Source: an uncultured Bacteroidales bacterium (lineage in GTDB: Bacteria; Bacteroidota; Bacteroidia; Bacteroidales; B18-G4). Taken from it: a stretch of DNA of 64,000 nucleotides. The notes under the pieces were generated by a model, which did not search any database, had not been told where the DNA came from, and worked only from the letters and a program-made list of their open reading frames with translations. Of this stretch, positions 43,973-53,191 are shown piece after piece. Each line of letters opens with the position of its first letter. Within the stretch, counting starts at the first letter, position 1. The translations under genes were made by a program, and so were the position numbers. Location of the stretch: positions 15,160-79,159 of the forward strand of contig CAZHFC010000009.1 of the NCBI GenBank assembly GCA_964531985.1. Reading direction: 5' to 3'.

Positions 43973-46900
43973 TTAATGGATTATGAGTTTTTTAGTAGTA
44001 TTTACCGATTCTGAACTGAGGCGGTATAAGTAAATACCCGTAGCAAGTTTATTGCCATGCTTGCTTGTGCCTTCCCAACTGATCTGGTGGCTGCCCGCCG
44101 TAAGCTTGGCATTGACAAGTGTTGCAACCCTGGTTCCGGTTATGTCGAAAATATCGAGACTTACCTGCATTTCTTCATTGAGCACAAAACCGAAAGTGGT
44201 TGCCCCGCCTGAAGGGTTCGGGTAGCAGTCGCCCAAAAAGGCCGCCTGGCCCGTTGCCGGCTCCGGTATTCCGGTAACGATATCACCGAAAAAATTCAGA
44301 TATTCAAACATCAGTTGCTTTTGGGTGCTTGGATGGCTGCCATCAACCAGGTCGCCGAATTCAAACGAACAGCCAATGGTCTTGTAGCTTCCCTCATTAT
44401 AGGCCACAACACAGCCAAAATCCGGATTGGGGCTGGTGAGCACCGTAAAGGCAGTTCCTTCGGGCTCCATATAATAATTATTGTACGGTGAGCTGCCGTC
44501 AAAGCCAAAATACATCCCTTCGGTAAATGTGCCGTCAACACCGCTGATAAAGTCATATTCGAACCAGGTGTCGACTACCACGTTGATATTGAATTTATCG
44601 TGGATAGGCAAATGGGGGTTGTCATACCAGGTTCTTCGTCCTTCAAGGTAAAGTTTCCCCCCATTGTTGAGGTAGTCGACCAGCCTGGCGCTTTCGGCAG
44701 GGGTCAGCTGGTGGCCTGTAAAGATAATGCCAAGTGTTACAAAAACAGAACGGTACATACTGAGGTCTTCCGGAAATGTTGTAGTATAGCTGGCAATCAG
44801 ATCGAGGTCGTTAAAGGCCTCCATCATGGCGGGGCCGGAGTGGTTGTGTGGGTCAAGGTCGAGGATCAGGGCCGAGAACTGTCCCACAATGATATCGAAA
44901 CCTCCGTTGGCCGATATTCCCATCTCAGCGTTGATGTTGACCGAGAACAGTGCATTGAACCCGCCCGGTGTTTCGGGAGCCGCGGTAACATAAAACACGG
45001 CTTCGGCAGTAGTCCCGCCGGGCATGTCGCCTGCGCTCACCGGCCCGTTATCGACCGTAACATATGATTTTCCGCTGCAACTCAGTGCAACACTGACGTC
45101 ATAAGCTTCCGATGAGCCGGTATTTGCGATATGAACGGTAATCTCTGCAGTTTCGCCGGGATCCAGCCGGCCATTGCCGTTGCCGCCGGCATCGTCGATG
45201 GTGAAATCAACATATTGCATAACGGTGGCATGTGCCTGTATCCCGAAAGAACTGTTCCATACCGAATCTCCGTCAGTAGCCGAAATTTCAAATATGACCC
45301 ATTCACCGTCGGCAATGTCAGGGCTGACCTCAAATGCATAATCATCGGTAACCGTAGCGGTCTGCATCGACGGGATATCGCCAAAATAGGCGTTGTCGTC
45401 TGTCATGCTGATGTTGATATTGGCCGTTGAAAGGTCGGCCTCAACACCGAATGCATCCACCAGGCCAACATTCTGCAGGCTCAGCGAAAGCAGGATGGAT
45501 TCACCGTAATCGAGCAGGCCGTCGCCGTTCCCGGTATTATCATTGATCACATAGTCGTCGTATACAACATAGGCCATATTGGCAGGGATCACATCTACCG
45601 TGGCATGATACCTGAAGTAATTCTGTTTGGTCACCACCACGTCCATCACGTCGCCCGTGATAAGAGGGGTGATGGGAATGATCTGGGGTAAGCCGTCCGA
45701 TTCGGTGGTTCCAAGGATCTCTCCGTTGTGCGACAATGCAATGAAGGCACCCGAGTCGGCGGTAACGGTAAAACTCGAAGTACCTGTAAGCAAGATATTG
45801 TCGTGCATCACCATCAGGGTTCCGGGGACTTCAGAATAGAGGGTCTGAAAAGCACAGCCGTGGTGGTGGAAGAGGTTATAGGTAACCTCTTTGGAACTGG
45901 TATTGTAAGGCCAGCTCGACTGCTGCAGAAAATATTTGGCGGCTGCGTTGGCAAAAGCCGGGAACATGCCGTATTCTTCCGTGATCATGGGGCCGAACTG
46001 GGGCAGGAATTCAGGCCACATATAGTCGTAAAGGCCCCAGACATAGGTGTCGTTTACAAAGGAATACGAGACTTCCGAAGCGGCAATGAGACCCAGGGCT
46101 CCATGTTCCATGCGGTGGAATTTTTCGGTGAAGCATTCTGAACTCCAATTGTATTTCCCTGTAAGGCAGTTGATGGAAAAAACAAAAATGGGGTCTTCGT
46201 TCGACAGGCCGTTCATGCTGGTGGTGTTGTATGCGGGTTCTCCCCAGCTGGTATTGCTGCCGTGGTCGCGATGCTGGATGATGAAGGCTCCCGCATTGAT
46301 GGTGTTATTGATCATGGTGGCATTACCCCCCGCCCAGTTGCCAAGCTCGGTTGGCGATGCCGGGATATAACCCAGCCCTGAAGGCCCGAACACGCCCAGT
46401 ATGGTGCTGGTATTGGTAGCGGTTGACCAGGGGTCGGTACCCGGATTGCCTGAATATATCTCGTTGATGCGAATGGGATCTTTGCCTTTCACATGCTTGA
46501 AAAAGCCCCCGATCGATTCTGAGCATATCTGGAACCAGCGTTCGGTTTGCCAGCCCAGCGCAGTGATGGGATTATAAAAACTTTCATAAGTGGGCGGGTT
46601 GGACTCGTATTCGATGATCTTCCCGATCATGTTTTCAAGATGGGTTTCATTCTGAGCGGTCATCCTGGCCAGGATCACGTCGGCCATTCCGTTTCCGTTC
46701 ACATCTGCGTAAATATGGTCTGACACGCAATAACTGTTCCATATGGGTGAAAGGATGCCGTTGCCCGTTGTGCCGTAATCGGCCATGATCAGGAATGCAA
46801 CCGGCGGGATATCCCAGGTGTTGTATGCGTTGTTGATGAAGTTCTCGATGGTATTCACGTTGTTGCCTCCAACTTCCGTGATGGTATAGATCCCGGTGCT

Positions 46901-47719
46901 GATACCCTGCAGGGTACGAAAATTTTTCAGGGTGTCGGCCCAGGCGGCAAATATGGGATCGTCAGGGATGATGATCACATATTCAAATCCATCGTCCCTG
47001 CTTCCTGCCCTGCCCGATTGTTGTACTGTGGGAAGGGAGGCTTCGTTCAGCAGGATGTTCTTCAGGATGGGATCAAACCAGGGGCTGCGGTAACGCTGGT
47101 CGCCAAATTCCCCGCTGCCTCCTTCGAAAACCACTTCCAACTGAATATCACGGTAAACAAGCAGTTCTTTTTTGACCGGGTTGTACTGAAAGGGTGTAAT
47201 GCCAAGCAGGGCAACATCTACACCGCGTACCGTGGTTTGTTCAGAAAGGCGGAAAGGCTCGGCCGGATAAAAGGCATCTTTCGAATAGATTTGCTCATCC
47301 TTCAGGTAAAACAAGGGTTCGTTGTCGGTGTCGAGCGGTATGCGGGGGGCGGGTGCCACTTCGATACCTTCAAATACCTCGGTGCGATAAGCGATAATAT
47401 TAAGCCTGGCCTTTGCCCCTTGCGGAATAGCTATGTAATGGGCATTCCCTGCCAGGTCGGGAGCTCCTTCATCATTCGGGATGAGGCTGGCGGGCAGGTG
47501 GATGGATTTCATCATGGATCCCTTCACTTCTGCATCTTCCATGAAAAATTCATCGATGGAGAAAGTGATCTCAAGCTTTTCGTGACTCTGGGCATTCAGG
47601 TTGAAACCGGCTTTATCCCAGGCATCCTGGTAGGTGATGGTCTGTGAGTGGGCCCCAATGGCCGTGAACAAAAAAATGATAAGCAGGAGAAAAGTGGGTG
47701 TGCGGTAGTTTTTAAACAT
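43973..47719 (-). CDS. C25-like cysteine peptidase, subfamily B, T9SS cargo
   Basis: Signal peptide and a propeptide-like N-terminus. Candidate His486 in QHRDHG (46262..46264) and Cys518 in SINCLTGKYNW (46166..46168). CARDB-like doublet (44885..45577), module F (44282..44881). CTD: CYPNPSGGATTF...GIYLYRL...KLIIH. Confidence 0.85.
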   Translation of the reverse strand: MFKNYRTPTFLLLIIFLFTAIGAHSQTITYQDAWDKAGFNLNAQSHEKLEITFSIDEFFMEDAEVKGSMMKSIHLPASLIPNDEGAPDLAGNAHYIAIPQGAKARLNIIAYRTEVFEGIEVAPAPRIPLDTDNEPLFYLKDEQIYSKDAFYPAEPFRLSEQTTVRGVDVALLGITPFQYNPVKKELLVYRDIQLEVVFEGGSGEFGDQRYRSPWFDPILKNILLNEASLPTVQQSGRAGSRDDGFEYVIIIPDDPIFAAWADTLKNFRTLQGISTGIYTITEVGGNNVNTIENFINNAYNTWDIPPVAFLIMADYGTTGNGILSPIWNSYCVSDHIYADVNGNGMADVILARMTAQNETHLENMIGKIIEYESNPPTYESFYNPITALGWQTERWFQICSESIGGFFKHVKGKDPIRINEIYSGNPGTDPWSTATNTSTILGVFGPSGLGYIPASPTELGNWAGGNATMINNTINAGAFIIQHRDHGSNTSWGEPAYNTTSMNGLSNEDPIFVFSINCLTGKYNWSSECFTEKFHRMEHGALGLIAASEVSYSFVNDTYVWGLYDYMWPEFLPQFGPMITEEYGMFPAFANAAAKYFLQQSSWPYNTSSKEVTYNLFHHHGCAFQTLYSEVPGTLMVMHDNILLTGTSSFTVTADSGAFIALSHNGEILGTTESDGLPQIIPITPLITGDVMDVVVTKQNYFRYHATVDVIPANMAYVVYDDYVINDNTGNGDGLLDYGESILLSLSLQNVGLVDAFGVEADLSTANINISMTDDNAYFGDIPSMQTATVTDDYAFEVSPDIADGEWVIFEISATDGDSVWNSSFGIQAHATVMQYVDFTIDDAGGNGNGRLDPGETAEITVHIANTGSSEAYDVSVALSCSGKSYVTVDNGPVSAGDMPGGTTAEAVFYVTAAPETPGGFNALFSVNINAEMGISANGGFDIIVGQFSALILDLDPHNHSGPAMMEAFNDLDLIASYTTTFPEDLSMYRSVFVTLGIIFTGHQLTPAESARLVDYLNNGGKLYLEGRRTWYDNPHLPIHDKFNINVVVDTWFEYDFISGVDGTFTEGMYFGFDGSSPYNNYYMEPEGTAFTVLTSPNPDFGCVVAYNEGSYKTIGCSFEFGDLVDGSHPSTQKQLMFEYLNFFGDIVTGIPEPATGQAAFLGDCYPNPSGGATTFGFVLNEEMQVSLDIFDITGTRVATLVNAKLTAGSHQISWEGTSKHGNKLATGIYLYRLSSESVNTTKKLIIH

Positions 47720-47913
47720 GAGTAAAGGGTTTTAGTTATTGATTTCTTAGTTTTTGTCGTTATAAAAACAATGAAGCAGGTATGAAAACGGCCCTGCAAG
47801 ATACAATTTTTTTCAGAATATTGTTTTATTCATATGTAGATATTTTAATGGAAAATATTTTCCATGTGGTGATCTGTGCTGCGTATGTTAAAGATCCCTT
47901 AGCCTGCTGTTCA

Positions 47914-50900
47914 TCATTGCGCCATCATGATTTTGCCCGTGAAACCGGACTGTCCGGCTTCAAGCACGTATATGTAGAGGCCATCAGGCATCCGGTATCC
48001 CTGGTCGGAAGTCCCGTCCCAGTCAAGCTGGTGGATTCCGGCAGGCATCGTCTGGTTTGCAAGGTTTTTGATAATCTTCCCGTCGGCCCGGTAAATGTTC
48101 AGTTTAACATTCGACGATTTTTCAAGTATGAACCTGAAACTGACATGGTCGCCAAAGGGATTGGGCCAGCATTGCACGTTTATGTCCTGGCTTGTCTCCG
48201 GGATTTCGCCGATGCCGGTCAGTACGCCGCCGAAAAATTCGAGGATCAGGATCATCAGTTCTTCCCTGGTATGCTGTCCGTCGTTCAGGCCCCCGAATTC
48301 GAACGAACAACCCACGGTTTTATAGGTGCCCTCATCCAGGGCCACGGCATTACAGTATGATGGTACCTGGTTTCGAAACAACTGGAATGCGTTATCGGTG
48401 GGCGCGATCCGGTCAATGTAGTTGTTGTCGCCCCCGTACTGGTACACCAGGCCTTCGGCAAAGGAACCGTTTTGTCCGAAAACCAGCCCCAGGTCGCCAT
48501 TGCCGTCGGAAACTCCCTGGATCTTGAACATTTCATGCACGGCAGTAGCCGGGTCATAGAACCAGGTGTCGCCGCCTTCCATATACAATCGGCCGCCATG
48601 ATTGAGATAGGCCGCCAGTTTATCCCCTTCCGCACCTGAAAGCACATGGTTATTGTTGTAAACGCCCAGGCATACGAAGATACACTGGTACATGCCAAGG
48701 TTGTCCGGGAAGGAAGTTTCATAAAAAGCCGTGATATCAAGGTCGGAAATAACCGTTTGCATTATGGTTCCGGAATTTTGGTTGCCATCCAGGTCGATGA
48801 TCAGGATGGGGTACTTTCCCACAATGAAGGAAAGTTCGAAGGATGTGTTGTAAATGCCGTTGTTGGCGGTTACATCTATGATAAAGTCAATCGTATCCCC
48901 CGTGGGTGTGGCATCATCAACTTCAAATGAAAATGTGCCTTCGCCCGACTGGTTTTGCTGCAAGGTTCCGTAGTTTGCCGTTGCCTGGGTTATGGTAATA
49001 TAGGGCGAGGCGGTGGAAAGGGTGGCCACGGTATTGTTGGCGGTTACGTTTCCGTTATTGCCAAGGGTAACGATGAGGTCGGCAGATTCTCCCTGTTCAA
49101 GGTGGCCGTTGCCGTTTTCGTCATCGAGGATGTAATCGTAAACAAGGATGAAAACTCCCCAGTTATGTTCAAGGTCGCTGATCGCGTCAAGGTCGAATCC
49201 GGCATCGCCGGCATTCTGGGGCCCGTCGCCGTCGTCAACGATCTTAAAATACCTGGCTTCGCTGAGCCCGGTTACGGAAAGCTCAAATTCGGTGCTGCCC
49301 TCTCCGTTCCCCATGAAGATCCAGGGGCCGTCCATGCCTTGTCCGGCAAATATTGAAAACCCTTCGGCCGATAAATCTCCTTCATATACCTTTATATCAT
49401 TTCCGGGCATGTCCTTTACGGGCTTTTGCATGTCGACCACAACCCAGCCATTTTTGCCGATCGAATAATTAATCCCGTCAGGAGGGCCGATCAGGGCCAA
49501 GGTATTTCCTTCGTCCAGGGTATTGTTGCCGGGGATGTGGCAACTGATCAGGCGCCATGCGTACCAGCGCGGGTTTTCCGCCGGGACCATCTGGAAATCG
49601 GTGAGGGTACTGCTCAGTTCACTGACAAGTACGCTGTCAGTGGTCATCTGGGTTTCATAACCATTGGCAACTACTCTGATCGAGTACTTTCCGGGCAGCA
49701 CGTATTTGTGGTAATCGCCCACGGCAGAGTCTGAAAAACACTGCATATAGTCGTTTACGAATATGGTAGCCTGTATGGGTTCGCCGGTCACGGCATCGGT
49801 GATCGTACCCTCCAGCCCGTAACCGGCATATTCGATCATGGCCATCATCGAGGGGTAGTTCCAGTTGTAGTATTGCATGAGCTGGGAAACGGGTGGTTGT
49901 TTATCCTCAGAGATTTCCATCGACCAGCTGATGGAACCCGATGCGCCGTAATTGCCATCTTTGGTACTCCCGTTGATGGCATACATGCCGGTGTTGCCTT
50001 GTCCGTATTCCAGGTTGGCATAGCCTGAAACACTGCTGTAAACCCCTGCAAGCTGAAGAATATGGCTGTCGTCGGGCGGTGGCTCCGGCCGGTAACTCCA
50101 GGGGCATGAGATATATTCTATGCCGCTGTGGTAGGTGGTATGTACCACGAACTGGTTTTCATAGCAACAGTTTCGCAGGCTTTTGGTTTCAACCTGTGAG
50201 AAGGCTCCGGTGCTTCCGCCCCAGGCGTCCCACATATACCCGTAATCGCGGTTAAGGTCGACACCGGCTGCATTGTAGCGGCTCATGTTTTCCCTTCCGT
50301 CGGGGTTTACCATATAATAGATCCATATCTCACGGTTGTCAACCAGGTAGGTAACATCCGGGTCGCTCCCGTATTTCACGCAGAGGTCGCGGGCAAAACG
50401 GATGCAGTTTTCGGCTGCCCCGATCTCGTCGCCGTGTATCCCTCCGTCAAAAAACACTTCGGCTTCGTTTTCATCAACGCTCACATTGTCGCTGATCTTC
50501 AGTGCCGCCAGCTCCCGTCCCTGTAGGGATGTTCCGTACATCACCTTCATGCAGATGTCGGGGAAAGCCGATACCAGGCTGTCGGCAAGGTCAACGATCT
50601 CCTGGTAGGAATGGTATGCAGTTTTGCTTTCCCAAAAGTCCTTGTAATGTTCATTCAGGTCGTGGATTTGTATTTTATAGTCAATCCCGGCACGGTCCAG
50701 CATCTCCGCTTCACGCGGTATTATGTACAGGATGGCATGGCCGGCGGCATAATCGCCGTTAAGCTTTAAACCTGCAATGGTTCGGGCGGTTTGTTGATCA
50801 GGGATCTCTACCCTGACCTCCATTTCACCTGGACGCCAGGCCTGGGCCTGTATACTGAAGGATAACAGCATGAAAACTGCTGTGAGCAGCACAATTATGT

Positions 50901-50919
50901 TTTTCATCATTTTTATCAT
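47914..50919 (-). CDS. M14 family zinc carboxypeptidase with long C-terminal extension, T9SS cargo
   Basis: Signal peptide. Zinc motif FFDGGIHGDE (HxxE, 50425..50436), then VNPDGRE and TTYHSG. CarboxypepD_reg-like domain (GTITDAVTGEPIQATIFVN, ~49585..49818), an unassigned beta-rich segment (49150..49584), one CARDB-like domain, module F (48226..48819). CTD: CWPNPFGDHVSF...GLYIYVL...KIMMAQ. Confidence 0.85.
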   Translation of the reverse strand: MIKMMKNIIVLLTAVFMLLSFSIQAQAWRPGEMEVRVEIPDQQTARTIAGLKLNGDYAAGHAILYIIPREAEMLDRAGIDYKIQIHDLNEHYKDFWESKTAYHSYQEIVDLADSLVSAFPDICMKVMYGTSLQGRELAALKISDNVSVDENEAEVFFDGGIHGDEIGAAENCIRFARDLCVKYGSDPDVTYLVDNREIWIYYMVNPDGRENMSRYNAAGVDLNRDYGYMWDAWGGSTGAFSQVETKSLRNCCYENQFVVHTTYHSGIEYISCPWSYRPEPPPDDSHILQLAGVYSSVSGYANLEYGQGNTGMYAINGSTKDGNYGASGSISWSMEISEDKQPPVSQLMQYYNWNYPSMMAMIEYAGYGLEGTITDAVTGEPIQATIFVNDYMQCFSDSAVGDYHKYVLPGKYSIRVVANGYETQMTTDSVLVSELSSTLTDFQMVPAENPRWYAWRLISCHIPGNNTLDEGNTLALIGPPDGINYSIGKNGWVVVDMQKPVKDMPGNDIKVYEGDLSAEGFSIFAGQGMDGPWIFMGNGEGSTEFELSVTGLSEARYFKIVDDGDGPQNAGDAGFDLDAISDLEHNWGVFILVYDYILDDENGNGHLEQGESADLIVTLGNNGNVTANNTVATLSTASPYITITQATANYGTLQQNQSGEGTFSFEVDDATPTGDTIDFIIDVTANNGIYNTSFELSFIVGKYPILIIDLDGNQNSGTIMQTVISDLDITAFYETSFPDNLGMYQCIFVCLGVYNNNHVLSGAEGDKLAAYLNHGGRLYMEGGDTWFYDPATAVHEMFKIQGVSDGNGDLGLVFGQNGSFAEGLVYQYGGDNNYIDRIAPTDNAFQLFRNQVPSYCNAVALDEGTYKTVGCSFEFGGLNDGQHTREELMILILEFFGGVLTGIGEIPETSQDINVQCWPNPFGDHVSFRFILEKSSNVKLNIYRADGKIIKNLANQTMPAGIHQLDWDGTSDQGYRMPDGLYIYVLEAGQSGFTGKIMMAQ

Positions 50920-51070
50920 GTTCTGGAAGGATGCGATTTTCGGTAACTGGTCATCATTATATAATTCTTCAAGCTAATTCATGGATGTCACATGATATGA
51001 AGTGACAAGGTTTCCGGTTTTTTTGAAGCTCATATTCTGACCCGTTTGCCCCGGTCTTGTTAATAATGAG

Positions 51071-51078
51071 CAAAGCTA
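51071..51078 (-). promoter_or_regulatory. Candidate -7 box TAGCTTTG for the M14 gene
   Basis: Exact match, but ~150 nt upstream of the ATG at 50919, which would mean a long leader. Confidence 0.3.
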
Positions 51079-51186
51079 CGTATATACACCGGAAAAATAT
51101 TAAAAATGATTCTAAATTAAGACAGCAATGCGTGTAAAAAGGTTGTATGTAAAGCAGGGGGCTGATATAAAATGCCGGTAAGGCAT

Positions 51187-51798
51187 TTAATGAAGAACGA
51201 GTGCCAGGTTGAGCCCGGCATAGATAAATTTCAGGGGGCGGTATCCGGGTGGAACAGGATTGTCAAAGACCGTTCCGGTCAGTTCAGTGGTATAATCGAA
51301 TGTAAAACCGAAGGCCATGAAATCATTCAGGCGGTGTTTAACGGCCAGTCCGGCAGCATATCCCGTAACCGGCAGGTACAGGGTATAGGATGCATCCCCG
51401 TGGTAGCCCGTATAAGTTAACAGTCCGATACCCCGGGAATTTGACCCGTTCAGCCATCCAAGCAGGAATTTGGCCTGTATGTTGAGTGTCGTGCCCAGCG
51501 GAATGTTCAGGTATGGCCCGATCATGATGCGTATATTGTCACTGTTACTACCGATAAAGAATGAACCTCCGAATCCCAGGAAGGGGTTGTTGAACATTGC
51601 CGTTTCGAGATTAATGTTGAAGGCGGCGGGCTGATCGTTGAATTCTTCACCGGACATGAAACGTGGAGGCTGGCCTGCAGGGATCACAGCTCCGAAACCG
51701 GCCGATACGAAGGACTGTGAAAAAAGGCTGGCATGGATAAATATAGCTGCCAGTATAATAAATGCGAACACGCCCTTTCGGGTAGAGTGATATGGCAT
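51187..51798 (-). CDS. Putative outer-membrane beta-barrel protein
   Basis: The internal Met at 51798 gives a signal-like N-terminus (VFAFIILAAIFIHASLFSQ). The sequence is Gly/aromatic-rich with an alternating pattern. I did not recognise a family. Confidence 0.45.
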   Translation of the reverse strand: MPYHSTRKGVFAFIILAAIFIHASLFSQSFVSAGFGAVIPAGQPPRFMSGEEFNDQPAAFNINLETAMFNNPFLGFGGSFFIGSNSDNIRIMIGPYLNIPLGTTLNIQAKFLLGWLNGSNSRGIGLLTYTGYHGDASYTLYLPVTGYAAGLAVKHRLNDFMAFGFTFDYTTELTGTVFDNPVPPGYRPLKFIYAGLNLALVLH

Positions 51799-51878
51799 GA
51801 TGCAATGGTTTGGATGCAGCCTGAACAATTCAAAATTCGTGCCGCAATGTGCGTCTTGTCTGAAGAGAATTATCCTGA

Positions 51879-52955
51879 TCAGTTGGTGAGAAAGCCTGAA
51901 AGGCCGTTAGGCTGGCTTAATAACCTGTAGTCTTTTTTTAGCCTGAAGCGGTATACAATATTCAGCCGGTACATTCCGGTGTCGTATCCCAGGTTTGCCC
52001 CGGGTACCGGGGTTTGATTCCTGATAAAGTTCCCAAGGTAGGATATACCGGCGTAAAACCTTGCATTGTTGTATCCCGCTGCAACCCTTCCGGTCAGGTT
52101 AGCATCAACCGTAAAGCCCGAACGATCGGTTTCATCAAGTACGCTGGAATAAAACCAGGAGCCACCCCCCGACAATCCGCCTACCAGTGATAATGTCAGA
52201 AAAAACCGCTGTTTCAGCACAAAGGTTTGTGCATATCCGGCGTTGAGTCCGGCATTAATGATCCTTACCTGGCTGTAATGCAATCCGTCGAAAAAACTTG
52301 TGTCAGTGATGTTCATGGGAATGAGTGATGAGTCACCCTTGGCGTCAACGTAAAACGCTTGTCCGCCGAGCAAAAAGGAACCCGCACTTTTTTTCTGCCA
52401 CTCATTCTGAAGAAAGGGGGCCCGGTATGAGAATTTCCGGTGATTGAAGATATATTGCCCGTTCAGCCCGATACTGATCGTATAAATATCAGGCCGTTTT
52501 GGAAATGTGTCGTTAGAGGGCCAATCCCTGATCCAGTCGTTCGGGTTTGTGATGTAATAACCCTTGTAATATTGCAGATAAACATCTACTGTTGCAGGCC
52601 TTAAATAAATGTGGGTCTGAAGGTCGAGATAACGCGTCTTGCCGTATTTGTCATCATCATCGTTCATGAAAGGGAATTTTAAACCGATATTCAGCCCCAG
52701 GATGCCGTAATTAACTCCCAGTCCAAGGATCAGGGCATCATTGGGTTTATAAACAAGGTTCTTCCCGAGTTTTTCGTCACGTAATGATATCTCGGTGGTC
52801 TTTATCGATGCGTATATCCGGGTAGTGAGGTGGTCGAGGTATGATTCAACATAGCTGGTATCGGTTTCACCGGCCAGTTTTTGAAAAAAGCTTTGCGCCT
52901 TGCCGGAAACGGGAATCATTGTCAGTAGGAATAACAGTATCGGGAAGCGAAGCAT
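51879..52955 (-). CDS. DUF4421-like outer-membrane protein
   Basis: Signal peptide MLRFPILLFLLTMIPVSGKAQ. The blocks YKPNDALILGLGVNYGILGLNIGLKFPF...GKTRYLDLQTHIYLR...YLQYYKGYY match my recollection of DUF4421. The sequence is beta-strand rich. Confidence 0.55.
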   Translation of the reverse strand: MLRFPILLFLLTMIPVSGKAQSFFQKLAGETDTSYVESYLDHLTTRIYASIKTTEISLRDEKLGKNLVYKPNDALILGLGVNYGILGLNIGLKFPFMNDDDDKYGKTRYLDLQTHIYLRPATVDVYLQYYKGYYITNPNDWIRDWPSNDTFPKRPDIYTISIGLNGQYIFNHRKFSYRAPFLQNEWQKKSAGSFLLGGQAFYVDAKGDSSLIPMNITDTSFFDGLHYSQVRIINAGLNAGYAQTFVLKQRFFLTLSLVGGLSGGGSWFYSSVLDETDRSGFTVDANLTGRVAAGYNNARFYAGISYLGNFIRNQTPVPGANLGYDTGMYRLNIVYRFRLKKDYRLLSQPNGLSGFLTN

Positions 52956-53146
52956 TATCAGAGGTGTTAAGCCGGCTTAGCCATGATCCGGTATATTTTT
53001 GCCCTGATGGCATTGCAGCAACAGTTGCACAAAGTATCAGTTTTTTAAAATAAGTTTATCATCAACTGGCCTGTTAAAAGGATAACAATGAGGGCAAAAA
53101 TATAAAATTATCTGAATGTAAAATTGTATTCCTTTGCAGTCTTTCG

Positions 53147-53154
53147 TACCTTTG
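53147..53154 (+). promoter_or_regulatory. Candidate -7 box TACCTTTG for the M48 gene
   Basis: ~37 nt upstream of the ATG at 53192. Confidence 0.5.
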
Positions 53155-53191
53155 TTGATAGTGATGGTCCCATATTCAAAAAATAATAATC

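Noticed and set aside
13526-50919. The idea that the repeated segments represent a CRISPR array or a diversity-generating retroelement (template/variable repeat pairs).
   Set aside because: The repeats are in-frame protein modules hundreds of bp long with scattered substitutions, not short direct repeats separated by spacers. There is no reverse transcriptase or cas gene in the window. The differences between copies are not confined to adenine positions; in the codon comparison at 29833..29907 versus 42558..42632, all four bases vary.
13526-50919. Calling the cargo cluster a horizontally acquired mobile genomic island.
   Set aside because: No integrase, transposase, tRNA attachment site or flanking direct repeats are visible. 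Promoter boxes and CTD types match the flanking genes. Only a compositional analysis that I cannot run would address this.
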